Below are positions 39,473-50,100 of a stretch of 64,000 bases of DNA, piece after piece. Made by a program: the position numbers and the translations under genes. The first letter of the stretch is position 1. Each line of letters starts with the position of its first letter. Under the pieces are notes generated by a model. It saw nothing but the letters and a program-made list of their open reading frames with translations. It did not search any database and was not told the origin of the DNA. The stretch covers positions 115,876 through 179,875 of the forward strand of contig CAYFXV010000001.1 in NCBI GenBank assembly GCA_964347265.1, in the 5' to 3' direction. The DNA comes from an uncultured archaeon. GTDB lineage: Archaea; Aenigmatarchaeota; Aenigmatarchaeia; Aenigmatarchaeales; Aenigmatarchaeaceae.

Positions 39473-41225
39473 TTTATGAAACTGCATAAATTGTTAGTGT
39501 TGCTTGACTCATGTTCCCGCTGGGAATTCCATTTGGAACCCATGAATCAACTCTAATTGTGTATGAATTTCCAGGAGTTAAATCGTCGTTATAAAAGTAT
39601 TCTGTGTTTGCGCAATCTGTATAATTGGCTGTTCTATCGTATTTGATTATGTATATCTTTGTACAACTAACATCTGCTGCTACACAATGTCCGCTTAATG
39701 TGCCAGTAGTAACAGCACCATATGCCCACCCTGAACTGCCAGTACTTGTAGTCAAACTAATAGCATTAATTGGTGTTCTTGTTGCCGTTGTACCTAAATC
39801 TTCGTCAGTTTCTATAGCAAATTGGGCTGAGTTATTACAATATATACCATTGGGGTCACCAACAGGAGGTGTTCCGTTTCCTAATACCCATACATAATCA
39901 TTGCTAGTGTTTCTATGGTATCCCCATGATACAGGACTTGTTACAGCACTCCAGTCATGATCAGCTATGTCTTCTGTCCAGTTCCATTCTATTCTTCCAA
40001 CAAAGTAGTAATTGGTGGTGTCATTTGACAGTGTTATAACGCCACCTGCTGCAAAGTCTGATGGATCACCGCTTTGATAAGGTCTTGTTGTCTCATCAGT
40101 TAGTGAATCTACATATGCTGAGAGATTTGATACATTTAAGGATCCTGCATTTTTTATGGTTAAGTTCCTATAGCCTCCCGTACTTCCTGTAGCAACCTGT
40201 GTCCAATTTATATATGAGGGAATTACTGATATTGATGCTGTTTCTGAAACATTAACATCTAATGCTGTTGTGTCAGTTGTATCTGCAGTAGCTAGTTGAG
40301 TAATTAGTATAGAAGAAACTAAAAGAAAAAACACTAATAATGCAAACCGAAAATACATTTGTTTGGAAATTTTTTTAACCCTTTTTTTTAAAATAACAAA
40401 TTTTTTTAAAATATTTAATATTTTGGGCTATATTTATGAAACTGCATAAATTGTTAGTGTTGCTTGACTCATGTTCCCGCTGGGAATTCCATTTGGAACC
40501 CATGAATCAACTCTAATTGTGTATGAATTTCCAGGAGTTAAATCGTCGTTATAAAAGTATTCTGTGTTTGCGCAATCTGTATAATTGGCTGTTCTATCGT
40601 ATTTGATTATGTATATCTTTGTACAACTAACATCTGCTGCTACACAATGTCCGCTTAATGTGCCAGTAGTAACAGCACCATATGCCCACCCTGAACTGCC
40701 AGTACTTGTAGTCAAACTAATAGCATTAATTGGTGTTCTTGTTGCCGTTGTACCTAAATCTTCGTCAGTTTCTATAGCAAATTGGGCTGAGTTATTACAA
40801 TATATACCATTGGGGTCACCAACAGGAGGTGTTCCGTTTCCTAATACCCATACATAATCATTGCTAGTGTTTCTATGGTATCCCCATGATACAGGACTTG
40901 TTACAGCACTCCAGTCATGATCAGCTATGTCTTCTGTCCAGTTCCATTCTATTCTTCCAACAAAGTAGTAATTGGTGGTGTCATTTGACAGTGTTATAAC
41001 GCCACCTGCTGCAAAGTCTGATGGATCACCGCTTTGATAAGGTCTTGTTGTCTCATCAGTTAGTGAATCTACATATGCTGAGAGATTTGATACATTTAAG
41101 GATCCTGCATTTTTTATGGTTAAGTTCCTATAGCCTCCCGTACTTCCTGTAGCAACCTGTGTCCAATTTATATATGAGGGAATTACTGATATTGATGCTG
41201 TTTCTGAAACATTAACATCTAATGT
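39473..41225 (-). repeat. Tandem gene duplication: a 793-bp perfectly identical block (39473–40265 = 40433–41225) covering the mature-protein region and 3' ends of two adjacent genes, 960-bp period
   Basis: Direct base comparison. Divergence begins at 40266 / 41226, in the signal-peptide coding part, and at 39472 / 40432. Confidence 0.85.
39474..40358 (-). CDS. Secreted/surface protein, tandem paralog A (294 aa), Sec-type signal peptide
   Basis: N-terminus MYFRFALLVFFLLVSSILITQLATA, then TALDVNVSETASISVIPSYINWTQVATGSTGGYRNLTIKNAGSLNVSNLS. The mature region is 100% identical to paralog B. Confidence 0.75.
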   Translation of the reverse strand: MYFRFALLVFFLLVSSILITQLATADTTDTTALDVNVSETASISVIPSYINWTQVATGSTGGYRNLTIKNAGSLNVSNLSAYVDSLTDETTRPYQSGDPSDFAAGGVITLSNDTTNYYFVGRIEWNWTEDIADHDWSAVTSPVSWGYHRNTSNDYVWVLGNGTPPVGDPNGIYCNNSAQFAIETDEDLGTTATRTPINAISLTTSTGSSGWAYGAVTTGTLSGHCVAADVSCTKIYIIKYDRTANYTDCANTEYFYNDDLTPGNSYTIRVDSWVPNGIPSGNMSQATLTIYAVS

Positions 41226-41321
41226 TACTGTATCACTTGTATCTGCTATAGTAATTGTTACACTCAAAAAAATTGCTAAAAATACAAAAACTATCCCCAA
41301 AACTAACAAATTCCGGTTCAC
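40434..41321 (-). CDS. Secreted/surface protein, tandem paralog B (295 aa), with a divergent signal peptide
   Basis: N-terminus MNRNLLVLGIVFVFLAIFLSVTITIA. The rest is identical to paralog A. Confidence 0.75.
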   Translation of the reverse strand: MNRNLLVLGIVFVFLAIFLSVTITIADTSDTVTLDVNVSETASISVIPSYINWTQVATGSTGGYRNLTIKNAGSLNVSNLSAYVDSLTDETTRPYQSGDPSDFAAGGVITLSNDTTNYYFVGRIEWNWTEDIADHDWSAVTSPVSWGYHRNTSNDYVWVLGNGTPPVGDPNGIYCNNSAQFAIETDEDLGTTATRTPINAISLTTSTGSSGWAYGAVTTGTLSGHCVAADVSCTKIYIIKYDRTANYTDCANTEYFYNDDLTPGNSYTIRVDSWVPNGIPSGNMSQATLTIYAVS

Positions 41322-41408
41322 TTATATTCCTCCTTATAAGAGTAATTATATTTGAATTTTATGGATATATAAATATTATTATATTTTTGTAACTATAATA
41401 AAAATAAT
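41322..41408. promoter_or_regulatory. AT-rich divergent intergenic region with TATA-like elements (e.g. attattatattttt ~41376–41388, ~25 nt before the ATG at 41409); candidate promoters for both flanking genes
   Basis: Archaeal TATA-like motifs at appropriate spacing for short-leader or leaderless transcripts; not verified. Confidence 0.3.
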
Positions 41409-42347
41409 ATGAAATTCAGATTTCTAATCATATTTTTTATTATATTCTTTGTAATTTTTTCTATTCCTTCTCTATCACAAAGTGTTGGCGTATCTCCTGT
41501 AAGAATAAACCTAGGAGAATTAAAAGGTGGCTCGACAAAATTAGTAAGTTTTTATGTAATAAGTCCTTCAGAAAAAACTTTATTAGTTAAATTAGAGCCT
41601 GAAAGATCTAATTTAGACTCTATTGGAAAAAATCTTATCACTAACTTATCTGAAGAGGACATAAGCTCTTGGATAAAAATAATAAATAATCCAGTAGAGC
41701 TTAGGCCTACTAATGAAACTCTAAAAACAACAGGCGGATTAATAAGGGGTCAAAGAGAAATAAGTTTTCTAGTTGAAATTCCAAATAATAGTGAACCTGG
41801 ATATCATGCAATAGATATAAAACCTGTACCTTTAGAATCTCCAGAAGCAACAGCTCCTGTAGGTGGTAGAGTTGTTGCAATAGTTTCTGTTAAAGTTTTA
41901 TTTGATATTATTGGAAATGCTTTAAGAAGAGGAATAATTTTAGATACAGAAACTGGGAAGTATGTTGGTGATAAATTGGAAATAAACAATTATTTTCAAA
42001 ATACTGGCACAGTTACTATTTCTGCAAGTGGTACTCAAAAAATTTATGATAAAGAAGGGAACTTAAAAGAAGTGCTTTTTTTGAGTAAACAATACTTAAA
42101 ACCCAAAGAAATAAAAGTTTTCAGAGGACTCTTACCAACAACAGGACTTTCTTTAGAAGACTATAATGTTTATACAGTTATTGACTATACGACTGGCAAA
42201 GCAGAAAAAAGTTCAACCATAACATTAACTGCTCCTCCACCAACAGCCCTAGCTGCAAAAGCAGAAGAAGAGATATTTATTCCTTTATTGATCATTATTA
42301 TAATTGTTATTTTTGTTATCTCAGTAATAATTTACAGGAGAACTTAA
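41409..42347 (+). CDS. Type-I membrane protein (signal peptide + C-terminal TM), hypothetical
   Basis: 312 aa. N-terminus MKFRFLIIFFIIFFVIFSIPSLSQS; C-terminal TM IFIPLLIIIIIVIFVISVIIY followed by RRT. Confidence 0.6.
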   Translation: MKFRFLIIFFIIFFVIFSIPSLSQSVGVSPVRINLGELKGGSTKLVSFYVISPSEKTLLVKLEPERSNLDSIGKNLITNLSEEDISSWIKIINNPVELRPTNETLKTTGGLIRGQREISFLVEIPNNSEPGYHAIDIKPVPLESPEATAPVGGRVVAIVSVKVLFDIIGNALRRGIILDTETGKYVGDKLEINNYFQNTGTVTISASGTQKIYDKEGNLKEVLFLSKQYLKPKEIKVFRGLLPTTGLSLEDYNVYTVIDYTTGKAEKSSTITLTAPPPTALAAKAEEEIFIPLLIIIIIVIFVISVIIYRRT

Positions 42348-42865
42348 TGAAAATAAAAACATGGATAATTTTAATGATCTCATTGTTTTTTGTTATCTTC
42401 TTATTTATTCTTATCAATATTCAAGAACCTCCAGAACCTAAAGAATTTGTAAAAAATCAGAGCTCTGCCACGTATTCTACTTTATTTTTTACCTATGAAA
42501 TAAAAAGATATCCATCCAACGTTGAAATAAAACTAACAGAACAGACAAACCAAACAGCAGTCTTAGGTTTTGTTACCGAACCTTGGAACATTAATTTTGG
42601 GATAATTCCTGGTAATGAAAGTTTTGTAACAAGAAATATTGAAATAGCTAATTTGGGAGAGAAAAATAACAAAATAATCTTAAAGGTTTATGGAAATATA
42701 TCTCCCTTAGTTACCTTTAGCAAAAACAATTTTATTTTAAAACCTGGAGAAAAGACTTCAATCGATATCTTTTTATATAGCAAAAAATTTGATCCTGGAA
42801 ACTATTCTGGAGAAATTGACGTGATTGCTCGAAAAGATATTTATAATTTTCTATCTATAACATGA
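42347..42865 (+). CDS. N-terminally anchored hypothetical protein
   Basis: 172 aa. TAATG overlap with the upstream gene. N-terminal TM WIILMISLFFVIFLFILI. Confidence 0.5.
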   Translation: MKIKTWIILMISLFFVIFLFILINIQEPPEPKEFVKNQSSATYSTLFFTYEIKRYPSNVEIKLTEQTNQTAVLGFVTEPWNINFGIIPGNESFVTRNIEIANLGEKNNKIILKVYGNISPLVTFSKNNFILKPGEKTSIDIFLYSKKFDPGNYSGEIDVIARKDIYNFLSIT

Positions 42866-42868
42866 TTA

Positions 42869-43615
42869 ATGAAAATATTAATAATCTGTATAATTTGTTT
42901 CTTAATTCTAATAGGAGTTGTTCACTCTTCAATAATAGAAGTTGGCATAATGGAAGAGGTGAAAGGAAAAATTAGTTCAATAAGTTATGATAATTCTACA
43001 AATATTATGAAGTTTTTAATAGAATTCTACAATACTGGTAGTGTTCCATACAAAGCTAGAATTAAGAGTGAGATTTTTAAGGAAGATAAATTGATTTTTA
43101 GTGGTTGGACTCAAGAAAACGAGCTTATGCCTGGAAATAAAAAACTCTCTGATATTTATTGGTTTACTAATTATACTGGAGAATATTTTGTAAAACTAAA
43201 AGCATATTTTGGTAATGAAATCAAGAAATATAAAAAATTTGGAATTTCAATTAATAAATCTATTTTATCTGAAAATGTTTTTGAAATTAAAAATCTTAGA
43301 ACTTATGATAAGTATATTATATTTGATGTTCAAAGCAAAGAAGATGTGGAAAATGTAATAATTATGCCTAATAATTATGTTTCTGGTTGGATATTTGAAC
43401 AAAAGAAAATAGATAACATAACCAAAGATGGTTCAAAACTTGTTTTAATTCCTTATTATTCAACTTTATGGAAACCAACCAATATTACTCTAGCAATAGC
43501 TTCAAATAATGGAAAATATTACACAGAAAAAACTATAGAAATGAAAAAAAGTGAAGGTTTAATTGGATTCTTTTATTATATAATAGATGGTCTAAGAATA
43601 GCTTTCTTTAAGTGA
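42869..43615 (+). CDS. N-terminally anchored/secreted hypothetical protein
   Basis: 248 aa, 3 nt after the upstream stop. N-terminus MKILIICIICFLILIGVVHS. Confidence 0.5.
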   Translation: MKILIICIICFLILIGVVHSSIIEVGIMEEVKGKISSISYDNSTNIMKFLIEFYNTGSVPYKARIKSEIFKEDKLIFSGWTQENELMPGNKKLSDIYWFTNYTGEYFVKLKAYFGNEIKKYKKFGISINKSILSENVFEIKNLRTYDKYIIFDVQSKEDVENVIIMPNNYVSGWIFEQKKIDNITKDGSKLVLIPYYSTLWKPTNITLAIASNNGKYYTEKTIEMKKSEGLIGFFYYIIDGLRIAFFK

Positions 43616-43722
43616 TTAGCCCTTCAATATTGATACTATATTGTATCTATATTTATACAGAAAGATATAAATATGAGATTTATGTGATATCTATATAGCT
43701 GCAATATGAAAAGAGGGATTAT
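43616..43722. promoter_or_regulatory. Intergenic region with several palindromes upstream of the wHTH regulator gene (GATACtatattGTATC 43622–43637; TCTATATTTATA..8 nt..TATAAATATgAG 43636–43667; CTATATAG 43691–43698); candidate operator and promoter
   Basis: Inverted repeats read directly in the sequence. Their position immediately upstream of a DNA-binding regulator gene suggests autoregulation. Confidence 0.35.
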
Positions 43723-43941
43723 TTGGTTGAAAATGGAATAACAAGCAATGATTTGGAGAAAAAAATTCTAGATATGTTAAGCAAGGAATTATTATCTGTT
43801 TCTCAAATTGCTAAAAGACTAGGAATAAGAAGGGATGTTGCAACAGGATATTTAGAAGCATTAAAAAATCAAGGGAAATTAGAATTCCACAAAGTGGGTA
43901 GATCTAATATCTATACAATTCCTAGGAGGACAAAAAAATGA
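43723..43941 (+). CDS. Small winged-helix-turn-helix transcriptional regulator
   Basis: 72 aa. LSVSQIAKRLGIRRDVATGYLEALKNQGKLEF matches a helix–turn–helix plus wing pattern (ArsR/TrmB/MarR-like). It overlaps the downstream surface-protein gene by 4 nt. The start is TTG at 43723 (alternative ATG at 43774). Confidence 0.6.
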   Translation: MVENGITSNDLEKKILDMLSKELLSVSQIAKRLGIRRDVATGYLEALKNQGKLEFHKVGRSNIYTIPRRTKK

Positions 43942-46331
43942 AGAAATTTATATTTTTATCAGTGATTTTATTTTTAATTACAATTCCTTTAGCTTCAGCT
44001 ATGCCTACAATTGAAAATTTTTCTGTCCAACCTCCATCTCTTTGGTTAGGAGAGGGTGCATTTATTTCTCTAAATTGTCTTGATGAAAATTATACAATAG
44101 AACAGGTCTATGCTGATATAATAGGCCCTTCAATTACTCTTCCTACAATGTACTTCACAAAATCTGGTGAAAATTACAGCTTATCTGTTGATAAAGAGTA
44201 CCTTGACAGAACTGGAAATTTTGATGTAACAATATCTTGTGAAAATAATAATAGTGAAATAAGTTATACTTCTACAAATTTCACGATCTCAGAACTTACA
44301 GGTTATATCAATAAAATTAGTCCTAGTCCTGCTTACATTGGAGATACATTAGAAATAGATTTTATAGTCAAAAAAGATGATACAAAATTATCTTCTGGTG
44401 TTGTCTTCAATGTTACATTAAACGATGATCTAAAGAATTTGAAAGTTCTTCCAGCTTATGATATTAACAAAGGTTGGATACTAAAAATAAATTCTCCTAC
44501 CAAATCCAATCTTTATGATTTAGAAGTAACAGCATTTTATGACAGAACAAGTGTAACAGATTATGATACGATTGATGTTAGAAACAAAATTGAATTTGAA
44601 ATCGTTTCTATAGATAGAAATTGGATTAAAACTAATGACAATATAACTGTTAGAGTAAAAGCCTTAGAAAGGGGTAGTGTCATTGAGTTAAATAAAAATA
44701 ATGTTGACATTAACATAGGTTCTACTACTGCTGAAATAACTAGCGTATCTAGAGAAGGTGATTTATTTAATGTAAAAATTATTGCACCAAGTCTTTCTTC
44801 TGGAAGATATAATTTAGAAGCTTATCTCAACTATGAAAGTTCTTCTTATTCAGATAGTGAACCAATAGATTATATTGTAACAGTTGAGGGAGTTTTTGTT
44901 GATGAAAAAAACAAAGCAATGAATGTTAAGATAATTTTTATTCAGGACGATATTACAAAATTAAGCATAACAACAGATGCTTACGGTCACTATTCTGGTT
45001 CGTTGCCTCCTGATATTTATGATGTTAAAATTATTTTCCCGAGATCTGAAGTTATTTTGTATGATGTCTCAGTTAGTAGTTTTGATGATCCTATAAAACA
45101 TTTTTACTCAACTGGTTTTAGTGTTTCTGGAATAAGAAATGCTGGTTTATATAGTTTTGAAATAGATTTATCTTACTTTGATGCTGATATAGAAATGAAA
45201 TATGAGGAAAGGAATGTTATAAGCGAAAATAATTTGAGGGTTTTCAGATGTTCAAGTTGGAGTTCTGGAAGAGGAACATGTAATGGTGAGTGGGAAGAAG
45301 TAGTTGGTGAAATTGATGTTATAAGAAACAAAGTAAAAATAACTTCTTCCACACTTTCAGCTTTTGTTATAGGTGAAATAAAGGCTTTAAGTGCAGATTT
45401 CAGCTTAGATAAAGAAAGATATTATCTTAACGATGATATCACAATAACAGGAATATTAAAAGATGAAGACAGAGGTAGTGTTAGTAATGCTACCATAGAT
45501 GTAAATATTAAAAATACAGGTATAAATTCTAAAACTACTACAGATGAAAATGGTGTATTTTCTGTAGAAATTCCAGCACCTGAAATTGAAGGAGAATATG
45601 GTTTAGTTTTAAAGGCAAAAAAGCATCCTTATAAAGAATTTAGTGCTGAAAAGTATTTTGAAATTATTAAAAGCAGATCAGTCTACATAGATTTTCCAGA
45701 CACGATAAAAATAGCTAGAGGGAATAATCTTACTCAAGAATTTAGTTTAACAAATAATGGACAAGCAGATCTTTCTGATTTAAAAATTTCTTTAGAGGGC
45801 ATACCTGAAAATTATTATAGTATCACTTCAGATAGTACAGATTTGAAAATTGAAGAAAAGAAAACTTTTTATATAGATTTCTTTATTCCTGTTTATGCTG
45901 ATACTGGAATCTCCAGTACTACCTTAAAAATTGAAGATAGTAATGTATCCGAAGAAAAAATTTTCGGATTAAATATATTTGAAAAAATCGAAGAAAATGA
46001 AACTACAGCTGCTCCCACAGGTCTTGTTACAGGTTTTGTTTTCCCAGAAATTAGTTATTTAGAGGTACTCTATATTGTATTGTTTGCAGTAGCTTGTTTT
46101 TCTGTAACAATTATTTTAAAGAAAAGAAAAGTCAGAAAAGGAAGCAGAGGTAATATTAAAAATTTTTTATTTGATATTAAAAACTTTATTGAAAAAGAAG
46201 AACCTCAAACTCAAAAAATTAAAGTTCAGAAAAAATCTAAAAAAAATAATTATGATAAGATAATTGCAACAGAATTTCCTAATTTTCTTAAATTATCTGA
46301 AAATTTGAAAAAAATAAAAGGTGGTGAATAA
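43938..46331 (+). CDS. Type-I membrane-anchored surface protein (797 aa) with CarboxypepD_reg-like beta-sandwich segments
   Basis: Signal MKKFIFLSVILFLITIPLASA. Motifs TDAYGHYSGSLPPDIYDVKIIF and TDENGVFSVEIPAPEIEGEYGLVL. C-terminal TM YIVLFAVACFSVTIIL followed by KKRKVRK. Lysine-rich cytoplasmic tail. Confidence 0.7.
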   Translation: MKKFIFLSVILFLITIPLASAMPTIENFSVQPPSLWLGEGAFISLNCLDENYTIEQVYADIIGPSITLPTMYFTKSGENYSLSVDKEYLDRTGNFDVTISCENNNSEISYTSTNFTISELTGYINKISPSPAYIGDTLEIDFIVKKDDTKLSSGVVFNVTLNDDLKNLKVLPAYDINKGWILKINSPTKSNLYDLEVTAFYDRTSVTDYDTIDVRNKIEFEIVSIDRNWIKTNDNITVRVKALERGSVIELNKNNVDINIGSTTAEITSVSREGDLFNVKIIAPSLSSGRYNLEAYLNYESSSYSDSEPIDYIVTVEGVFVDEKNKAMNVKIIFIQDDITKLSITTDAYGHYSGSLPPDIYDVKIIFPRSEVILYDVSVSSFDDPIKHFYSTGFSVSGIRNAGLYSFEIDLSYFDADIEMKYEERNVISENNLRVFRCSSWSSGRGTCNGEWEEVVGEIDVIRNKVKITSSTLSAFVIGEIKALSADFSLDKERYYLNDDITITGILKDEDRGSVSNATIDVNIKNTGINSKTTTDENGVFSVEIPAPEIEGEYGLVLKAKKHPYKEFSAEKYFEIIKSRSVYIDFPDTIKIARGNNLTQEFSLTNNGQADLSDLKISLEGIPENYYSITSDSTDLKIEEKKTFYIDFFIPVYADTGISSTTLKIEDSNVSEEKIFGLNIFEKIEENETTAAPTGLVTGFVFPEISYLEVLYIVLFAVACFSVTIILKKRKVRKGSRGNIKNFLFDIKNFIEKEEPQTQKIKVQKKSKKNNYDKIIATEFPNFLKLSENLKKIKGGE

Positions 46332-47107
46332 TGGTAAGGATAATTGCTGTATGTTCTGGTAAAGGTGGTGTTGGAAAAACTATTGTGGCTTCCAATTTAG
46401 GAGTAGCCCTTCAGAAATTTTATAAAAAAGCTGCAGTTATTGACTTTAATTTTACAACATCACATTTAAGTCTATATTTTGGTATACATTCTCATCCAAT
46501 AACTTTAAACCACGTCTTAAGAAATGAAGCAAGATTAGAAGATGCTATTTATAATCATCATTCAGGTTTAAAAATTGTTCCTGGATCTTTAAAACTCAGA
46601 GATATTATTGATGTTGATGTTAATAATTTAAGAAATACATTAAAACAAGCATTTTCTAGCTTTGACGTTGTTTTTCTTGATTCTGCACCAGGATTAGGTA
46701 AAGAAGCTTTAATAGCTTTGCAAGCAAGTGATGAGGTTTTATACATTGCAAACCCTCACCTACCTTCTTTAATTGATATAACAAAGTGTAATCAAGTAAT
46801 TAATAAACTGGAAAACAAACCAATTCCAATAGGTATAATTGTTAACAGGGTTAAAAACAAAGGTTATGAAATTAAAAACGATGAAATAAGACAATTTACA
46901 GAACTACCAATTATTGGAGTTATTCCTGAAGATGAAAATATATTATCAGGTTTCAATAGAAGAGATTTGGTAATGCTTTCTAAAAAAAGATCTTCATCTA
47001 AAAAAGAGTTTTTTAAAATTGCTGCAAAACTTGTTGGAATGAAATATGAATACAGTTTTTGGGATAGAATCAAGAGTATTTTCGGAAAAGAAAAAGAATT
47101 TTTTTAA
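46331..47107 (+). CDS. minD: MinD/ParA-family (SIMIBI class) ATPase, paralog 1
   Basis: Deviant Walker A CSGKGGVGKT at residues 8–17. Motifs DFNFTTSHLSLYFG and VVFLDSAPGLG. Its ATG shares a base with the upstream stop (TAATGG). Confidence 0.8.
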   Translation: MVRIIAVCSGKGGVGKTIVASNLGVALQKFYKKAAVIDFNFTTSHLSLYFGIHSHPITLNHVLRNEARLEDAIYNHHSGLKIVPGSLKLRDIIDVDVNNLRNTLKQAFSSFDVVFLDSAPGLGKEALIALQASDEVLYIANPHLPSLIDITKCNQVINKLENKPIPIGIIVNRVKNKGYEIKNDEIRQFTELPIIGVIPEDENILSGFNRRDLVMLSKKRSSSKKEFFKIAAKLVGMKYEYSFWDRIKSIFGKEKEFF

Positions 47108-47131
47108 CAGAATTCATTATCACGATAAATC

Positions 47132-50100
47132 GTGGAATATATGGCTAAATCATTAACAAAAATGAGTTTAACTTTATTTTCTTTATTCTTACTAATAATA
47201 GGTTTATATATAACACAGATAGTTTTAGCTGACCCAGATGAAACAACAATCACATTAACAACTGCTGCTTCAAATACTTATAATGGTGGTGATGCAAACG
47301 GTGGATTGACAGGAGATATTAATTGTGAATATACGATTGATACAATAACTGCACCAACAGGAACTATAGATCAAATAAATTGTTCAGTTTATATAAACTC
47401 TTTTAATAACAAAAAAACTCCAAACAATACTATAAAATGTTTGGAATGTTCAGATGTTTCTTGCACTGGTTATAATCAGATTGGAACAACACAAACCCCT
47501 GCTGAAACGGGATGGATAAATTTTCCAAATGAAGTTCCTTCATATTGTGATACTTCTGGGGAGACATGTTATTTTGCTGTTGAAGTATGTGAATTAGGTC
47601 ATGCACTTGACGATATTGCATTATCTGATGCTTGGGCTGGTTTTAATTTTACCCCACCAGATGACAGCACTCCACCCAATTGGTTTGACAATACTACTTC
47701 TGTTGTTAATGGGTCGCAGTACTCGCCTGGAAAAAATTATCAATTTAATGTAACTTGGAATGATAGTCAAACTGATGTTAATACTGTTTTAATAGAACAT
47801 AATTTTACTGGAGGTGCTGTTCCTCACAATGATAGTGTGAGTAATGAAAGTGATATTTATTATTTTTACCTTAGTGATTTGCCAGCTGGAACTTACGCAT
47901 GGAGAGAACATGCAAATAACACGGATGATTATTGGAATGTTACTAATGATGGAGTTTATTGGGAATATGTTGTAGATCAGAATCAAAGTAATTCTGTTGA
48001 TATGTATATCAATAATGGAACTGTATACAAGAATGAGAATGTTACAATAGATTACAGTACACAGACAAATACTAATGGAACCGCTGTTTACAGTAATAGT
48101 GGAACTGTGAATTTGTATAGAAATGAAAGTCCTGTTAGTAATCCTGACATTGTCACTCTAGGCGCTAGTACATATGTATATAAGGCAAATATAACGGGGA
48201 ACAATAATTACACTGATAATTCAACTGGTGCGACCTATTATTTGTTTGTTAAAAAGGCTGACCCAACAGCAAATTTGAAATTAGCTTTAAATGGAACTGA
48301 GAGTGACTGGACCTATACATATCCTGAGACTGTTAATGCAACTGGTTGGTGTGATTTAACTGATAATCAAGATCTGAGTTTCACTTTGTATAGGAATTAT
48401 GTTTCTACTGGACAGACAGGAGATCCATCAACAGAAGAGATATTACTTGGTAATGCGACTTATGTTTATGAATATAATACAACAGGTGGAAGTAACTATA
48501 GTTCAGGAACTATTACTAGAACAGCTTATGTTAACAAAGGAACAGTTTCACCTAGTTTGTCAATAAATACAACCTGGACAGAGATGTATCCAACAGCAAC
48601 GAGTGTTAGCTGTTCAGTCACTTCTGTGAATAATGAGGTTAATTGTAATTTGTATAGGAATGATACTGGTTCTGTTGTTAGTCCGGATGAAGTATTACTT
48701 GGAGTAGGAGGTTATAATTATTCAACTAACACATCTGAGACAGCTAACTATTCAGCAAATACTACGGGAACATTTAATGTTTTAGGAATTAATCTAGGTA
48801 CTCCGAATGTTAAGACATTTATAGATACTTTACCTTTAAATAAAACTATTAATTATTCTACCAGCGTAACCATAGAAGGAAATTCTACTACCACAACAAC
48901 TCCACCAACTTTTGATTTATTTGTATTTAATGTAACACCATCTTCACCAGCTGTTAGTTTGTCGAACACTTCGAATAATCCTGCGACCTTAATATTAACA
49001 CTGGGAAATGGAACTTATCAAATAATTTACAATACCTCTGGGAATGCTAACTGGTCTTCTACTCAGAATAACACCTTATATTTAATGGTTAATAAAGGTA
49101 GTGCTAATTTGGTTTTAAGCTCTAATGTGACATGGAGTACGATTTACCCGAATGCTAGCAATGTTACTGGTTCTGGATGTCCAACAAATGGCGCATCAGA
49201 TTTTACATGTAATTTATATAGAAATACTTCAGTTACGAATCCTGTCGGTTCTGGTGAACCCATGACAAATGAAACTATTTTACTTGGAGCAGGTAGTCAT
49301 GAATATGTATGGAATATGAGTATTAGTAATCCTGCTAACTGGACTTTTAATACAACTAATGATATTTTAGTTATATCTCCAAATAGTTCTACTCAAAATT
49401 ATATGAATCTAACTTTAGGAACTGGAGCAACTGGAACAGAAGATAATAAAACATATAGTTATCCTACAACTACTAATGCAACTGGATGGTTTGACGCTAA
49501 TGCATTCGTAGGTTCTGCTCCTACATTTAATTTATACAGAAATGATACACCAATCGTAGATGGTAATCCTGTTAGCAATGTTATAGAACTTGGGGCTGAT
49601 TATTATCAATATGTTTATAACACATCTGGTAATACTAACTATTCATCGGCATCAAAAACATTTTTCTTGAACATAACTAAGGCTGACCCAACAGCAAATT
49701 TGAAATTAGCTTTAAATGGAACTGAGAGTGACTGGACCTATACATATCCTGAGACTGTTAATGCAACTGGTTGGTGTGATTTAACTGATAATCAAGATCT
49801 GAGTTTCACTTTGTATAGGAATTATGTTTCTACTGGACAGACAGGAGATCCATCAACAGAAGAGATATTACTTGGTAATGCGACTTATGTTTATGAATAT
49901 AATACAACAGGTGGAAGTAACTATAGTTCAGGAACTATTACTAGAACAGCTTATGTTAACAAAGGAACAGTTTCACCTAGTTTGTCAATAAATACAACCT
50001 GGACAGAGATGTATCCAACAGCAACGAGTGTTAGCTGTTCAGTCACTTCTGTGAATAATGAGGTTAATTGTAATTTGTATAGGAATGATACTGGTTCTGT

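Noticed and set aside
46331-47107. MinD/ParA paralogs as plasmid partition ParA
   Set aside because: No ParB-like gene or centromere-like iterons nearby. They are embedded in chromosomal surface-protein and ribosomal context and are translationally coupled to envelope-protein genes.
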